Origin: an uncultured Latescibacterota bacterium
GTDB taxonomy: Bacteria > Latescibacterota > UBA2968 > UBA8231
Length of the DNA stretch: 64,000 nucleotides
Direction: 5' to 3'
NCBI GenBank assembly: GCA_958295495.1
Contig: OY282352.1
Coordinates: forward strand, 3,581,485 to 3,645,484
Positions within the stretch are counted from its first letter, which is position 1; each line of letters opens with the position of its first letter. The notes below the pieces were generated by a model. That model was not told where the DNA came from and did not search any database. It saw only the letters and a program-made list of their open reading frames with translations. A program made the translations under genes and the position numbers. Of the stretch, positions 20,273 to 30,214 are shown piece by piece.

Positions 20273-20350
20273 AAGGTCTTGATTTTTGCGGGCGGCTTGG
20301 GCACGCGCCTGTCTGAAGAAAACCGCTGGTCGAAATCGGCGGGCGGCCCC
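20273..20350 (+). pseudogene. N-terminal stub of glucose-1-phosphate cytidylyltransferase (RfbF-like)
   Basis: KVLIFAGGLGTRLSEE then, after a frameshifting deletion, KPLVEIGGRP. Confidence 0.7.
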
Positions 20351-20551
20351 TAAAAACATACCAGCAGCACGGGGTGTCCGACTTTATTATGTGCGTCGTC
20401 GCGCTATAACCGGCACGCGCTTTGAACCGAATGCAGTACCTTATCAAAGCGGCCGATCCCGAGCATCCCCAATCGGGCTACGTGCCGTTTTGGGCGCGAT
20501 AGGCCCAAGGCTGCTCGGGTTTTAATTCCACCTTTCCCGCGAGGAGGCCCC

Positions 20552-21547
20552 ATGATCCGCATGGCCCAGTACGGCACCAAGCACGGCCACGCCGCCGGCA
20601 AACTCAAGGCAATGCTCGACAACCCCGAAGTCGAAGTCGTCGGCCTGTACGAACCCGACGCCGAGCGCCGCCGGCAAGTTGCCGGTGACGAACCCTATCG
20701 GCAGGTCCGCTTCTTGGACAGCGAGGAGGACCTGCTCGGCGATAGCTCCATTGTGGCTGTCGCCTCTGAGGGCCGCAACGACGAGAGCTTGAACCAAACC
20801 GAGCGCATCGTCCAAGCTGGCAAGCACGTATGGTACGACAAGCCGGCCGGGGACGATTGGGCGCAGTGGCAGCGGGTCGTCGCAAAGGCGCGGGCCGCCG
20901 ACCTGCAAGTGCAGATGGGCTTTATGCTGCGCTACCATCCCGGCTTCAGCCAGATCGCAGAGTGGGCGCGGTCGGGGTTTTTGGGCCATGTCTATTCGGT
21001 GCGCGCCCACATGTCCACCCACATCACCACGGCCGGGCGCGAAGTAATCGCCGCCGGGCACCACGGCGGCATCTTCTACGATTTGGCCGGGCACATGCTC
21101 GATCAAGTGGTGTGGATTCTGGGGCGGCCGGAGAAGGTGACGACCTTTCTGCGGAACGACACCGGAGTTGTGCCCGCGTTTCAGGACAACACGCTCGGCG
21201 TTTTTGAATACGAGCGAGCCATGGCTTGGGTCGATATTGCGGCGATGGAGCCACAGCCGATGGCGCGGCGCTTTGAGGTCTATGGCGAGCGAGGCAGTGC
21301 GATTTTGCTCGAGCCTTTTGAGCCAGGCCACGCCATCCGGCTCTGCCTGACCGAGGCCGCCGACGGTTATGCAGAGGGCGCGCAGATGGTGCCTTTTACA
21401 GGGGTTTCGCGGCAGGGACTTTACGAACTCGAATTGGCGTCTTTCCTAAGAGTGCTAAAGGACGAACACGGGCCAGACCGCGCACTCGACCACGAGCTTT
21501 TGGTGCAGGAGACCTTGCTGCGCGGGACCGGGCTTATTGCGGGTTGA
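20552..21547 (+). CDS. Gfo/Idh/MocA family oxidoreductase
   Basis: AGKHVWYDKP, QMGFMLRYHP, GGIFYDLAGHMLD; RBS gaggag. Confidence 0.9.
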   Translation: MIRMAQYGTKHGHAAGKLKAMLDNPEVEVVGLYEPDAERRRQVAGDEPYRQVRFLDSEEDLLGDSSIVAVASEGRNDESLNQTERIVQAGKHVWYDKPAGDDWAQWQRVVAKARAADLQVQMGFMLRYHPGFSQIAEWARSGFLGHVYSVRAHMSTHITTAGREVIAAGHHGGIFYDLAGHMLDQVVWILGRPEKVTTFLRNDTGVVPAFQDNTLGVFEYERAMAWVDIAAMEPQPMARRFEVYGERGSAILLEPFEPGHAIRLCLTEAADGYAEGAQMVPFTGVSRQGLYELELASFLRVLKDEHGPDRALDHELLVQETLLRGTGLIAG

Positions 21548-22529
21548 GCCATGCCTCGACAAGCACGCGCTTGATCGGTGGAGTCGCTAGCTGGAAGTTG
21601 CGGCCGACCGGGCGCGGATGCGGGAACCACTTCCACAGCAAGGCTCCAACGATGCGCGGCTCGGCGGCGATGGCGGCAAGTGCGGCGCGCATACAGGCCA
21701 CTTGGACGGGAAGCGCGTCCTCGCCATCCACCGGGTACTTCCACGGCGCGAGCGGAGCCTGATGCGACTGGTTGTAGCCCAGTTCGGTGAAGAGGATGTT
21801 GCGGTTGTGTCGCTCGCCAAAGGCCCGCAGCTCCCATATCCGCTCCGCCCAGCCGGCGCGGATATCCTCCTCGTCGAACGCGGGATCGTCGGTGAGGGGG
21901 AAATAAGCTTGGATGCCAATGACGTCGAGGGCGTCCCAAAAGGGCACTTGGCGGTAGTCGGTCCAATTGGCCGCGTAGGTCAGGGGGGCGTCGGTGCGCT
22001 GGCGCACCTCGGCGATGAGCGCGCGCCATTCCTCCTCAAAGGCCAACATGCGGTCGAGCTCGGTGCCGACGACGAAGCCATCGGCCTCCCGGCAGACGGT
22101 AGCCAACAGCGCGATCCACTCCCGATAGCCCCGCCAAAACCGCTGCCAATCCTCGGCGCGCGTAAAGGCGATTTCGCCCCGCCAAGAGAAGGGCGAGCGC
22201 CAATAGGCGATATGGGGCTTGATGCAGATGCGCAATCCCAAGCGATGGGCCTCGCGGATGGGGCGCACGATATGGGCCGGCGGATCGGCCGGATCGAGGT
22301 CCGACCACCGGAGGGTGCCGTCGGCGCGGATGCTGGCGTAGGGATGGATCGCCACCCAGTTGGCACCGACGGCGCGAATATCCTCTAGCGTCGGCACGAT
22401 GGCGTCGGTGCCCCAGTCGCGGCCGATGCCGTGCGTGGAGATGGTGATGCCGCGGACTTGGGTGTCGCTAGCCAAAGTCGATCCGGCGAGAGCGAGAGCG
22501 AGGACGAGGGCGTTGATCGCGTTGGACAT
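21534..22529 (-). CDS. Secreted TIM-barrel glycoside hydrolase, GH113-like
   Basis: Signal peptide; GANWVAIHPY, IKPHI, WRGEI, VGTEL, TYAANW, IQAYFPL, ILFTELGY. Confidence 0.75.
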   Translation of the reverse strand: MSNAINALVLALALAGSTLASDTQVRGITISTHGIGRDWGTDAIVPTLEDIRAVGANWVAIHPYASIRADGTLRWSDLDPADPPAHIVRPIREAHRLGLRICIKPHIAYWRSPFSWRGEIAFTRAEDWQRFWRGYREWIALLATVCREADGFVVGTELDRMLAFEEEWRALIAEVRQRTDAPLTYAANWTDYRQVPFWDALDVIGIQAYFPLTDDPAFDEEDIRAGWAERIWELRAFGERHNRNILFTELGYNQSHQAPLAPWKYPVDGEDALPVQVACMRAALAAIAAEPRIVGALLWKWFPHPRPVGRNFQLATPPIKRVLVEAWLNPQ

Positions 22530-22577
22530 CTGGTAAATATACAGAAACCACGCACAGACAGGATGGGAGCTAGAACC

Positions 22578-23963
22578 ATGCGTCCGAACATTCTTTGGAT
22601 CTGCACCGACCAGCAGCGCTACGATACGATTGGCGCGCTGGGCAACGAGCACATCCGCACGCCGAACATCGACCGCCTAGTCGGCGAGGGCACCGCGTTT
22701 ACCCACGCCTTCTGCCAAAGCCCGATCTGCACCCCCAGCCGCGCCAGTTTCCTCACTGGCATGTATCCGAGCAGCGTCCACGGCTGCACCAATGGCAATG
22801 CCTACTGGGCGGGCGCGGCCCCGCTGGTCACCAAGCTGCTAACCGATGCCGCGTCCTACGACTGCGGACTGGCCGGCAAGCTGCACCTAGCCGGCGCACA
22901 CGGCCGGATCGAGCCGCGCGGCGACGACGGCTATCGCGTCTTCCACTGGAGCCACGACTCGCGTGACCAGTGGCCCGCAGGCCACGCGTACGCCGATTGG
23001 GTGCGCGCCCAAGGCCGCACCTTAGCCGAACTGCGCGAGGATCCAGCCCAGATGCCGCCGGCCCTGCACCAGACGACTTGGTGTGCGGACCAAGCCATTG
23101 AGTTCATGCGCGAGGAGCGCACCACGCCTTGGCTGATGAGCGTCAACATGTTCGACCCACACGCGCCCTTCGACCCGCCGCACGCGTACTTGGACCGCTA
23201 CGACCCGGCGGCACTGCCCGAGCCGCTGTGGAGCGCGAAGGATCCCCAAGCCCATGCGAAACTGGGGCCGGTGGACGGAGCCGCGTCCATTGGCTTGGCT
23301 CAGGCCAAGGAGGTCATGGCGGCGTACTACGCGATGATCGAGCTGATCGACGACAATGTGGGGCGCATGATCCAAGCCCTAAAAGAGAGCGGTCAGCGCG
23401 AGAATACCCTAGTGATTTTCACTTCGGATCACGGCGAGCTGTTGGGCGATCACCAACTCGTGGGCAAGGGGTGCCGGTTTTACGAGTGCTTGGTGCGGGT
23501 GCCATTGATCTGCTCTTGGCCGGGGCATGTGCGCGAAGGAAGCGTCTGCGATGCGCTGGTCGAACTGATGGACATTGCCCCGACCTTGCTGGAACTGGCC
23601 GGGGTCCCCGCGCCCGATAGGATGCAGGGGCGCTCGCTGTGGCCGCTGCTGACCGGCCAAACCCAGACGCACCGCGCCTACGTCCGCAGCGAGTACTACC
23701 GCGCCCTAAATCCCGACGCACCAGGTCGGGAGCATCTTCAGGGCACCTACGGCACGATGATCCGCAACCGACGCTACAAGCTGGTCTGCTACCACGACCG
23801 CGCCCAAGGCGAGCTGTTCGACTTAGAGACAGACCCAAGCGAGTTCGACAACCGCTGGGACGACCCAGCCTACGCAGACGTGCGCTTCGCGCTACTGAAA
23901 CAGAACTTCGACGCGCTGGCCCAAGCTGTGGATATTGGCCCCAAGCAGGTCGTGCAGTTTTAG
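22578..23963 (+). CDS. Sulfatase
   Basis: PNILWICTDQQR, CTPSRASFLTG, GKLHL, DPHAPF, TSDHG. Confidence 0.93.
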   Translation: MRPNILWICTDQQRYDTIGALGNEHIRTPNIDRLVGEGTAFTHAFCQSPICTPSRASFLTGMYPSSVHGCTNGNAYWAGAAPLVTKLLTDAASYDCGLAGKLHLAGAHGRIEPRGDDGYRVFHWSHDSRDQWPAGHAYADWVRAQGRTLAELREDPAQMPPALHQTTWCADQAIEFMREERTTPWLMSVNMFDPHAPFDPPHAYLDRYDPAALPEPLWSAKDPQAHAKLGPVDGAASIGLAQAKEVMAAYYAMIELIDDNVGRMIQALKESGQRENTLVIFTSDHGELLGDHQLVGKGCRFYECLVRVPLICSWPGHVREGSVCDALVELMDIAPTLLELAGVPAPDRMQGRSLWPLLTGQTQTHRAYVRSEYYRALNPDAPGREHLQGTYGTMIRNRRYKLVCYHDRAQGELFDLETDPSEFDNRWDDPAYADVRFALLKQNFDALAQAVDIGPKQVVQF

Positions 23964-23974
23964 CGGAGCACACA

Positions 23975-24877
23975 GTGGCGGTTGCCGACCAGAAAAGGGC
24001 TTATCTGTGCGGGTTGGCCGCAGTGTTGCTGTGGTCCACCGTGGCGTCGGCGTTCAAGATCACCCTCCGCTACATGGACTACGCCGAGCTGCTGTTCTGG
24101 GCTAGCTGCACTTCGACATGGATGCTGGGGGTGCTGGTCGTCGCGCAGGGGAAAGTGGGGCAGGTGCTCAGGAGCCGGCCGACCGCCTTAGCGCAGTCGC
24201 TGGTGCTGGGGGCGTTAAATCCCCTGCTCTATTATCTAATCCTCTTCAAAGCCTACCAGCTTCTGCCAGCCCAAGAGGCGCAGGCCCTCAACTATACTTG
24301 GGCGCTCACCTTGACTTGGCTCTCCATCCCGCTCTTGGGACAGCGAATCGGCCGGCGCGACCTGACCGCGGGCTTGGTCTGTTATGCCGGCGTGCTAGTC
24401 ATCGCCACGCGCGGCGAAATCTGGACCTTGCGCTTTTCCGATCCGCTCGGAGTGGCCCTAGCGCTGGGCAGCACGGTGGTATGGGCCTTCTATTGGCTCT
24501 ACAATATCCGCGACCGGCGCGATCCCGTGGTGCGACTCTTCCTCAATTTTGCTCTGTCGCTGCCGCTAGCGCTCGGCTGTGTCCTGCTGATGGGACAGTG
24601 GCGGGCACCTGCTTGGCCGGGTTTGTTGGGGGCGGCGTACATCGGCCTCTTTGAAATGGGGATCACTTATGTCCTGTGGCAGTGGGCACTGCGCTATGCG
24701 GAAAACACCTCCAGAGTAGGCAACCTAATTTTTATTTCCCCGTTCTGCTCCCTAGTGCTGATTCACTTCGCGCTAGGAGAGGCAATTCGCTGGGCGACCC
24801 TAGCGGGACTTGTGCTCATCGTCGTCGGTTTGCTCTACCAACAAAAGGGCGCAAAGGCTCGCCCTACCAGCCCGTAG
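23975..24877 (+). CDS. DMT/EamA family transporter
   Basis: About 10 hydrophobic segments, two EamA-like halves; GTG start after ggag. Confidence 0.85.
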   Translation: MAVADQKRAYLCGLAAVLLWSTVASAFKITLRYMDYAELLFWASCTSTWMLGVLVVAQGKVGQVLRSRPTALAQSLVLGALNPLLYYLILFKAYQLLPAQEAQALNYTWALTLTWLSIPLLGQRIGRRDLTAGLVCYAGVLVIATRGEIWTLRFSDPLGVALALGSTVVWAFYWLYNIRDRRDPVVRLFLNFALSLPLALGCVLLMGQWRAPAWPGLLGAAYIGLFEMGITYVLWQWALRYAENTSRVGNLIFISPFCSLVLIHFALGEAIRWATLAGLVLIVVGLLYQQKGAKARPTSP

Positions 24878-25105
24878 TGGAAGGTTTTCTGAAAATCGGC
24901 TAAGGGATATGCCTAGGGCTTTGAATATTATTTGGTTGGACGACCCTGCAAGCAGTACGAGGGAACTAGTCGCGGCCCAAGGGATTCGCCGGGCGCGTCA
25001 GCGGCTGGCAGGGCAACGCTAGGCGAAGGAGCACCGTGCATTTAGATGGTGAGCTTGTGTGGGTGTTTGCAGAGGAACTGTTTGCCGTGGCGGTCCGATT
25101 CCAAA

Positions 25106-25522
25106 CTATTCTTTTCGCAGCTCTTCCGTTGCCAGCGGTATTTTTTCAATCCCCACGCGCTTGGCCACCTCGAAGAGGTCCAGTAGGTACTTGTGCGGGG
25201 TCTCCTGATCGGTCCGCACTACCAGCGTTAGACTCCGGGTACCTTCTTTTTCCCGCAAAAGGACCTGCTCCAAATTGTCCAAGGTCACGAGCTGGCGGTT
25301 GATCTCCATGCGGCCATCCTCGGTGATCGTCGCCACTAGTTTCTTCTCTTCGACAATCTGCGCTTGTTGCGCTTCGGGTAATAGGACCTGGAGGCTGTAG
25401 GGCTGCTTAAACACTGTAGTTACCATAAAGAAGATCAACAGCAAAAAGACGCAGTCAATAAGCGGCGTCATGTTCAATTCTTGTTCTTCGTACAGGGATT
25501 TGCGCCTAGGCATCGGATTCAT
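25106..25522 (-). CDS. exbD: ExbD/TolR family biopolymer transport protein
   Basis: LNMTPLIDCVFLLLIFFMVTT with conserved TM Asp. Confidence 0.92.
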   Translation of the reverse strand: MNPMPRRKSLYEEQELNMTPLIDCVFLLLIFFMVTTVFKQPYSLQVLLPEAQQAQIVEEKKLVATITEDGRMEINRQLVTLDNLEQVLLREKEGTRSLTLVVRTDQETPHKYLLDLFEVAKRVGIEKIPLATEELRKE

Positions 25523-25935
25523 TCCTCTTGTTCCCGCACAAAAGCGATGCCCTCAACCCCGACCTCTTTGGCTTTATCCACCACAAACACTACGTGTTTC
25601 TGGGCGCACTCGCCGTCCGCCTGAATAATGATATTCTCGTTGTTGGCCTCTTCCATGGCCGCGACTAGCTGGGCTGCCAACGCCGCTGGCACCACGTCCT
25701 CTCCCTTGATTTGAATTTTGCCATCGCGGTCCAGCAAGACGTTGATATCTTTTTTCTTTTCTTCTGTAGCTTCGCTTTTGGCCGGCATGTCCACTTCCAG
25801 CCCTTTGGTGTGTATAAACACCGTGGTTACCATAAAAAAGATCAGCAGCAAAAAGACGCAGTCAATCAGCGGCGTCATATCCGGGCCGCCTTCTGCGAGA
25901 AAGCTCTCCGACCGCTGTTTTCGGTGTCTGGCCAT
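25519..25935 (-). CDS. exbD: ExbD/TolR family biopolymer transport protein
   Basis: DMTPLIDCVFLLLIFFMVTT; IIIQAD. Confidence 0.92.
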   Translation of the reverse strand: MARHRKQRSESFLAEGGPDMTPLIDCVFLLLIFFMVTTVFIHTKGLEVDMPAKSEATEEKKKDINVLLDRDGKIQIKGEDVVPAALAAQLVAAMEEANNENIIIQADGECAQKHVVFVVDKAKEVGVEGIAFVREQEE

Positions 25936-25959
25936 TGGGTGAACTCCTCCGAGCAGGAG

Positions 25960-26706
25960 CTACTCTGTCGTTCCGTATTGTTGGCGCTGTCCCATAGTGA
26001 TCAGAGCATTTGCAAAGGCATGTCCGTACATCTCGGCGTCTTCTAGCAGATTGTCCGCTTTGCGCGCTAGATAGCGGTACAATACAATCGTCGGGATGGC
26101 GACGATCAGCCCCGATGCCGTAGTGACCAAGGCTTGGGAAATCCCGCCGGCAACGACTTTCGGGTCTCCTGCACCAGCTATGGCGATGGACTCAAAGGCG
26201 ATGATCATCCCCATAATGGTGCCGAGCAATCCCAACAAAGGGGTTATATTGCCGATGGTATTCAGGATTGCCAAGTTTTTGCCCAGATAGGTCCGGGCGG
26301 ATTCCTCGGTCTGAATGACCAGCTCTTCTTTGAGATCGGCGAGTTCCCGTTGCATCACCATAAACCTGCCCACCTCGCCACCGCCGGCGGCATCAGCGAG
26401 GCGGATGATCTCCTCGTTCGTCTCTTTGAATTCTCGCTGTTCGATCATCAGCGTATGGTATCGTTTCAGCAGCGAAGCAAATACATAATTGAGTAGGCCC
26501 TTGCCGCGGTTGCACTCTTCCACGACCGCCTGTTCCCCGCCGTTGCGCAGCGCGGTTTCGAGCTTGTCCAACTCATTTTGGGCCTCTTCAGGCGTGGGCA
26601 ATTGCTTGAAGATCCACAGGCGTTCAATAGAGTAGGCAATGGCTAGAATAGCACAGGCGATTAGGGGGACCATCATCGGACCGCCACTTTGAATTATATC
26701 CCACAT
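25960..26706 (-). CDS. exbB: MotA/TolQ/ExbB proton channel protein
   Basis: GGPMMVPL; TPLLGLLGTIMGMIIAF; GGISQALVTTASGLIVAIP. Confidence 0.92.
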   Translation of the reverse strand: MWDIIQSGGPMMVPLIACAILAIAYSIERLWIFKQLPTPEEAQNELDKLETALRNGGEQAVVEECNRGKGLLNYVFASLLKRYHTLMIEQREFKETNEEIIRLADAAGGGEVGRFMVMQRELADLKEELVIQTEESARTYLGKNLAILNTIGNITPLLGLLGTIMGMIIAFESIAIAGAGDPKVVAGGISQALVTTASGLIVAIPTIVLYRYLARKADNLLEDAEMYGHAFANALITMGQRQQYGTTE

Positions 26707-26738
26707 TGCTATTGCTCCTTTTTGGCAAGAGAAGAGTT

Positions 26739-27677
26739 CTAGTCGTCTTCTTTGGCGTTTCTAGATAAGCGCTGCCCTATGCGCAAACCGGCATCGATGA
26801 CACCGAATTTCTCAACGACCTCGGCCTTGCACAAGTGCGGCCCGATAATCTGATGCACCCGGACCAGAGCGATTCGGATCTCTTTATCATACAACGGTAG
26901 GACATCGCCGTACTCGACGCGATCCAAAATACCGATGCCTAGATACACCTCGTCGGCTTCGACCGCCAAGACCTGGGCCTGCGCGCCGGAAAGGTCGATG
27001 GGGGGGCGCTCCGTCAGACTCGTAATCATTTGGCTGCTGAGGTCTCTGAAGGCGACATCGACGAGCTTGCCAAAAGCCAATTCAAAAAAACGCTCGGAAC
27101 CGAAGTCAACCTTGAAGAGTTCGCGGAATACCCGATCCTGTTTGCGCGGTCGGCCGAACAGGTCTAGGCCGTACGACTTTTCCGTGGAGTCCCTGAGCGT
27201 TTCAAAGGTCTCGACTATTTCTCCGGTCGCTACTCTGATTAGCTGCACTTGGCTGAGGTGGATCACTGAATTGTAAGATTTATAGCCGGCCAGATTGGGG
27301 TTTCCCACTGTCACGCGACGCATCCCCAACTGCTCCACCACACCGGTAATGACCAAGTCGGCACCCAAGCGTTGCCCCAGCCGCACAGCCTGGTCAATGC
27401 CGTAGTATTTTTTTACTTGTTTGTTTAATTGAACGGCCTCGACTTCCCGTGGCGGAATAACAAAGACCGCATCGTCTGCATCCAGATATCGACCTAGCAA
27501 ATCGGGTACATCCCTAGATAAGTGCCATTCCGCCTGAAAACCGGCTCGGTCCTCAAAATCGAGCAGGGCAAGGCGCAGGGTCGGCAGCGGTCCCTCGGCC
27601 GCGACCGCCATGTCGAGTGTTAGGGGGTCGGCCCCTGCCCAGATATAAAGGAATGAAATGGTTAGAAGCGGTTTCAT
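26739..27677 (-). CDS. Exported protein with CsgG/TolB-N/FlgT-like architecture
   Basis: LALLDFED..AVRLGQRLGADLVITGVV..LIRVATGEIV (CsgG/FlgO-like) plus C-terminal VLAVEADEVYLGIG..GD (FlgT-C-like); start MKPLL. Confidence 0.6.
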   Translation of the reverse strand: MKPLLTISFLYIWAGADPLTLDMAVAAEGPLPTLRLALLDFEDRAGFQAEWHLSRDVPDLLGRYLDADDAVFVIPPREVEAVQLNKQVKKYYGIDQAVRLGQRLGADLVITGVVEQLGMRRVTVGNPNLAGYKSYNSVIHLSQVQLIRVATGEIVETFETLRDSTEKSYGLDLFGRPRKQDRVFRELFKVDFGSERFFELAFGKLVDVAFRDLSSQMITSLTERPPIDLSGAQAQVLAVEADEVYLGIGILDRVEYGDVLPLYDKEIRIALVRVHQIIGPHLCKAEVVEKFGVIDAGLRIGQRLSRNAKEDD

Positions 27678-27783
27678 AACGGTCTTCGTATCTAAAGGCG
27701 CGGTGAACCCCCCGCACCCCACTACACAGCACCCACAAAATATCTTCAAACACGGGCGATTGGCAAGGGGCTTGCTGCACTTC

Positions 27784-27882
27784 TTAGGTTGCGATCTTTT
27801 GGTCGAATTCGAGGGCGATATCCACCATTTCCAGCGGCTGCCCGGAAGCGTCAAATTTCAGGACAAAGTCTTTGAAGAGTAT
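27784..27882 (-). pseudogene. 3' remnant of a paralog of the lipoprotein gene at 45727-46488
   Basis: ILFKDFVLKFDASGQPLEMVDIALEFDQKI vs LVLKDFVLKFDASEQPIETVDIIVEFDQQI. Confidence 0.85.
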
Positions 27883-27987
27883 AGGAGGGCACTTGGGTGG
27901 GCGGTTCTAAGATCCGGTCGGGCCACTCGGAGGCCGCCGACCAAGTGGCTATGAACAAAAAACAGAAGCTTGTTCGCGTCGCGGCCT

Positions 27988-30072
27988 TCACACCTCGACG
28001 TTCAACGCGCTGACCACGCCCGACACGCCCATGTTATTCAAGGCGCGCATCTCTAGCACGTTTAGTCCTTTGTGTAGGGACCAGTCAATTTGGGCCGGCC
28101 GCTCCTGCCATGGCTGCCCATCGATCCGCACCTCGAAGGTCAGAAAACCGGGCGTTTCCGTGTCCAGATAAATGCGTAGCTGGCGTTCGTCAATGGCCTC
28201 GGCGACATACCGCGTTTGATTGAGCGTCGGATAGAAATCCGCCCGCCGGTTAGTGTGCTGGGTAAAGTGGGGTAGCGGCGGGACCTGATCGTCGGCCCAG
28301 TTGAGATAGCCGTTCCACGACCACACTTCAGTACCTTGGCTCACCGGCAGGGGACGGGGCCGGCTGAACACGTCAAAACGCGGCACGATGCGGAAGTGGC
28401 AAAACGAGCGGAACAAAAAGAGCGCGCCCTCCGCGGTGGAATGTTCGTAGTCCCCATCGTAGAAGGCGATGGGCAGGTCTTTTACCACCGCCTCCAAGTC
28501 TTGGTGAAAAAGATAAGGGCGATCCCAGCGTTCGGGACGCTCTAGCCGTGCGGCCAGCACTTGGTGGATTTCTTGGGTGTCCAGCGGCACCAAGGTTTTG
28601 GGGTCGTACCAGTAATAATCGCGGGTGGCGTCTTGGTGCATCCACTTGCCGTAGTCATTGGACCAGACCTCGGCGATTTCGTGGCCGGTCATGCCCTCGC
28701 TGTGGAAATTGAGGTGGCGGGCGGGGATGCCCATGCTCAGACAGGCGGCCACCAGAACCACATTGGGATAAAGGCACATCTGGTCGCGCCGCCGCTGCTT
28801 GTACTGGTTCATCCGAATGGCGCCGTTCTCGTCCCGTTCAAGACAAACCCAGGCGAGTGGATCCCACGGAAAATGGCTGCACTCGCTCAGGGGGATGTGA
28901 TACGCCCAACGGTGCAGCCGCGCGATTTTATCGAATTCAGTCTGTGCCCCAGCCACTACCGCGTCCAATTCGCATTGCTGGCGCAAATCCCGCAGTATCT
29001 GGGCGCGATAGTCTTCATAAGGCATGGGGATAGACGGCCTTAGAATTTGGGCGTTCTTGGTGCTGACTAAACGACCTGTAAACCGCTCCCCTTGCTGGAA
29101 GTCGGCGTTGATCTGGACACTTTTGAGCACCGGGGATTGCAACCCGTCCGCGACTGAAAAATCGACTTTCCACTGGAGATAACGGCCTCTGACTGTTGCC
29201 GGTTGTCCGTCATAGACCTGCCAGCCGCTCCAGTGGTCTGTATCCCAGACAGGACGAGAGCCGGTTCGCAAGGCCCAAGCAAGCTGGGTGCCCTCGGGGA
29301 TATCCGCGTCCCAGTCTAGGGTTATGCGCTGCAGACTACGCTCGCTTTTAACAGCGTCTTCCGCTTCGCCAGCCGCGTCGATTACCTTAGAGACCAGCTC
29401 GCCATTGCTGCGAAAGCGGTCGAGGACCAAGCGCAGTACGTATTCCCCGCGCTCTGCTTTCGAGGTTTGGCCGCTGTCGATACTATGGCGGCTGGCGTAG
29501 GGAAGCGTTACTGGATCGTCCATGCCCTTGTAAAAGTCGCGGTAGTCCGCCACCATTAGCTGCCAGCCAGCCAAGCCTTCTACTGCGGCCACTTCAATCA
29601 CATTTTCGCCTAGCCGTAGCGTCTCCGGCGGAATATCCACATAGTACCAGCGGCTCCAACTCCACTGCCCCACCATCAACCCCCAGTATTGGTTGGCTTG
29701 GGGCGCGGCTTGGCGCGAGGGGGGGCGCAGGACTGGTTGTCCGTTTATTGTAAACCGGAGGGTGGACTGGTTGTCTTGGCGTTCCTTGGCTATAAACGCT
29801 AGCTGGGCCCCAAGTGCAGCCGGATCATCCAAATGCAGGGTTTTGCGGCACGCCGTCTGGCCGCTCACCTCGACAAAAGGCTCGATGTGTTCTTGGTCTG
29901 AACGGCCCGAGCCGGGCGCGTCGTTTTCGACCACTTGGCCGTCAAACAGGCGGATGCCCTCGTCCTGCCGACCCATCCACAAATCCGTCGTCTTGGCGGC
30001 ACTAGTATAGACCTCTTCGGCTTGCATAAAAATGGTAACGCGTTGCTCTTTGAGGGCAGTAGAGACAGTCAT
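27988..30072 (-). CDS. Transglutaminase-like domain protein
   Basis: Putative Cys-His-Asp triad: QMCLY, GHEIAEVWSNDYGKW, HQDAT; preceded by beta-rich domains. Confidence 0.7.
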   Translation of the reverse strand: MTVSTALKEQRVTIFMQAEEVYTSAAKTTDLWMGRQDEGIRLFDGQVVENDAPGSGRSDQEHIEPFVEVSGQTACRKTLHLDDPAALGAQLAFIAKERQDNQSTLRFTINGQPVLRPPSRQAAPQANQYWGLMVGQWSWSRWYYVDIPPETLRLGENVIEVAAVEGLAGWQLMVADYRDFYKGMDDPVTLPYASRHSIDSGQTSKAERGEYVLRLVLDRFRSNGELVSKVIDAAGEAEDAVKSERSLQRITLDWDADIPEGTQLAWALRTGSRPVWDTDHWSGWQVYDGQPATVRGRYLQWKVDFSVADGLQSPVLKSVQINADFQQGERFTGRLVSTKNAQILRPSIPMPYEDYRAQILRDLRQQCELDAVVAGAQTEFDKIARLHRWAYHIPLSECSHFPWDPLAWVCLERDENGAIRMNQYKQRRRDQMCLYPNVVLVAACLSMGIPARHLNFHSEGMTGHEIAEVWSNDYGKWMHQDATRDYYWYDPKTLVPLDTQEIHQVLAARLERPERWDRPYLFHQDLEAVVKDLPIAFYDGDYEHSTAEGALFLFRSFCHFRIVPRFDVFSRPRPLPVSQGTEVWSWNGYLNWADDQVPPLPHFTQHTNRRADFYPTLNQTRYVAEAIDERQLRIYLDTETPGFLTFEVRIDGQPWQERPAQIDWSLHKGLNVLEMRALNNMGVSGVVSALNVEV

Positions 30073-30214
30073 TGCACTTCCTTCCGTCAATGGGGCTTAC
30101 TGGCAAATGCAGAGAACGATCTATAGTATATATGGCCTGACAGCACAAGAGGCTTTTCATCCCTTGCGGAGGTTGCGCATCCGATCCATCCCTTGCAAGC
30201 ATTGGAGTTAGCGG

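Noticed and set aside
24880-25105. Short ORF stubs with RBS-like sites between the EamA gene and exbD
   Set aside because: No family recognised with confidence
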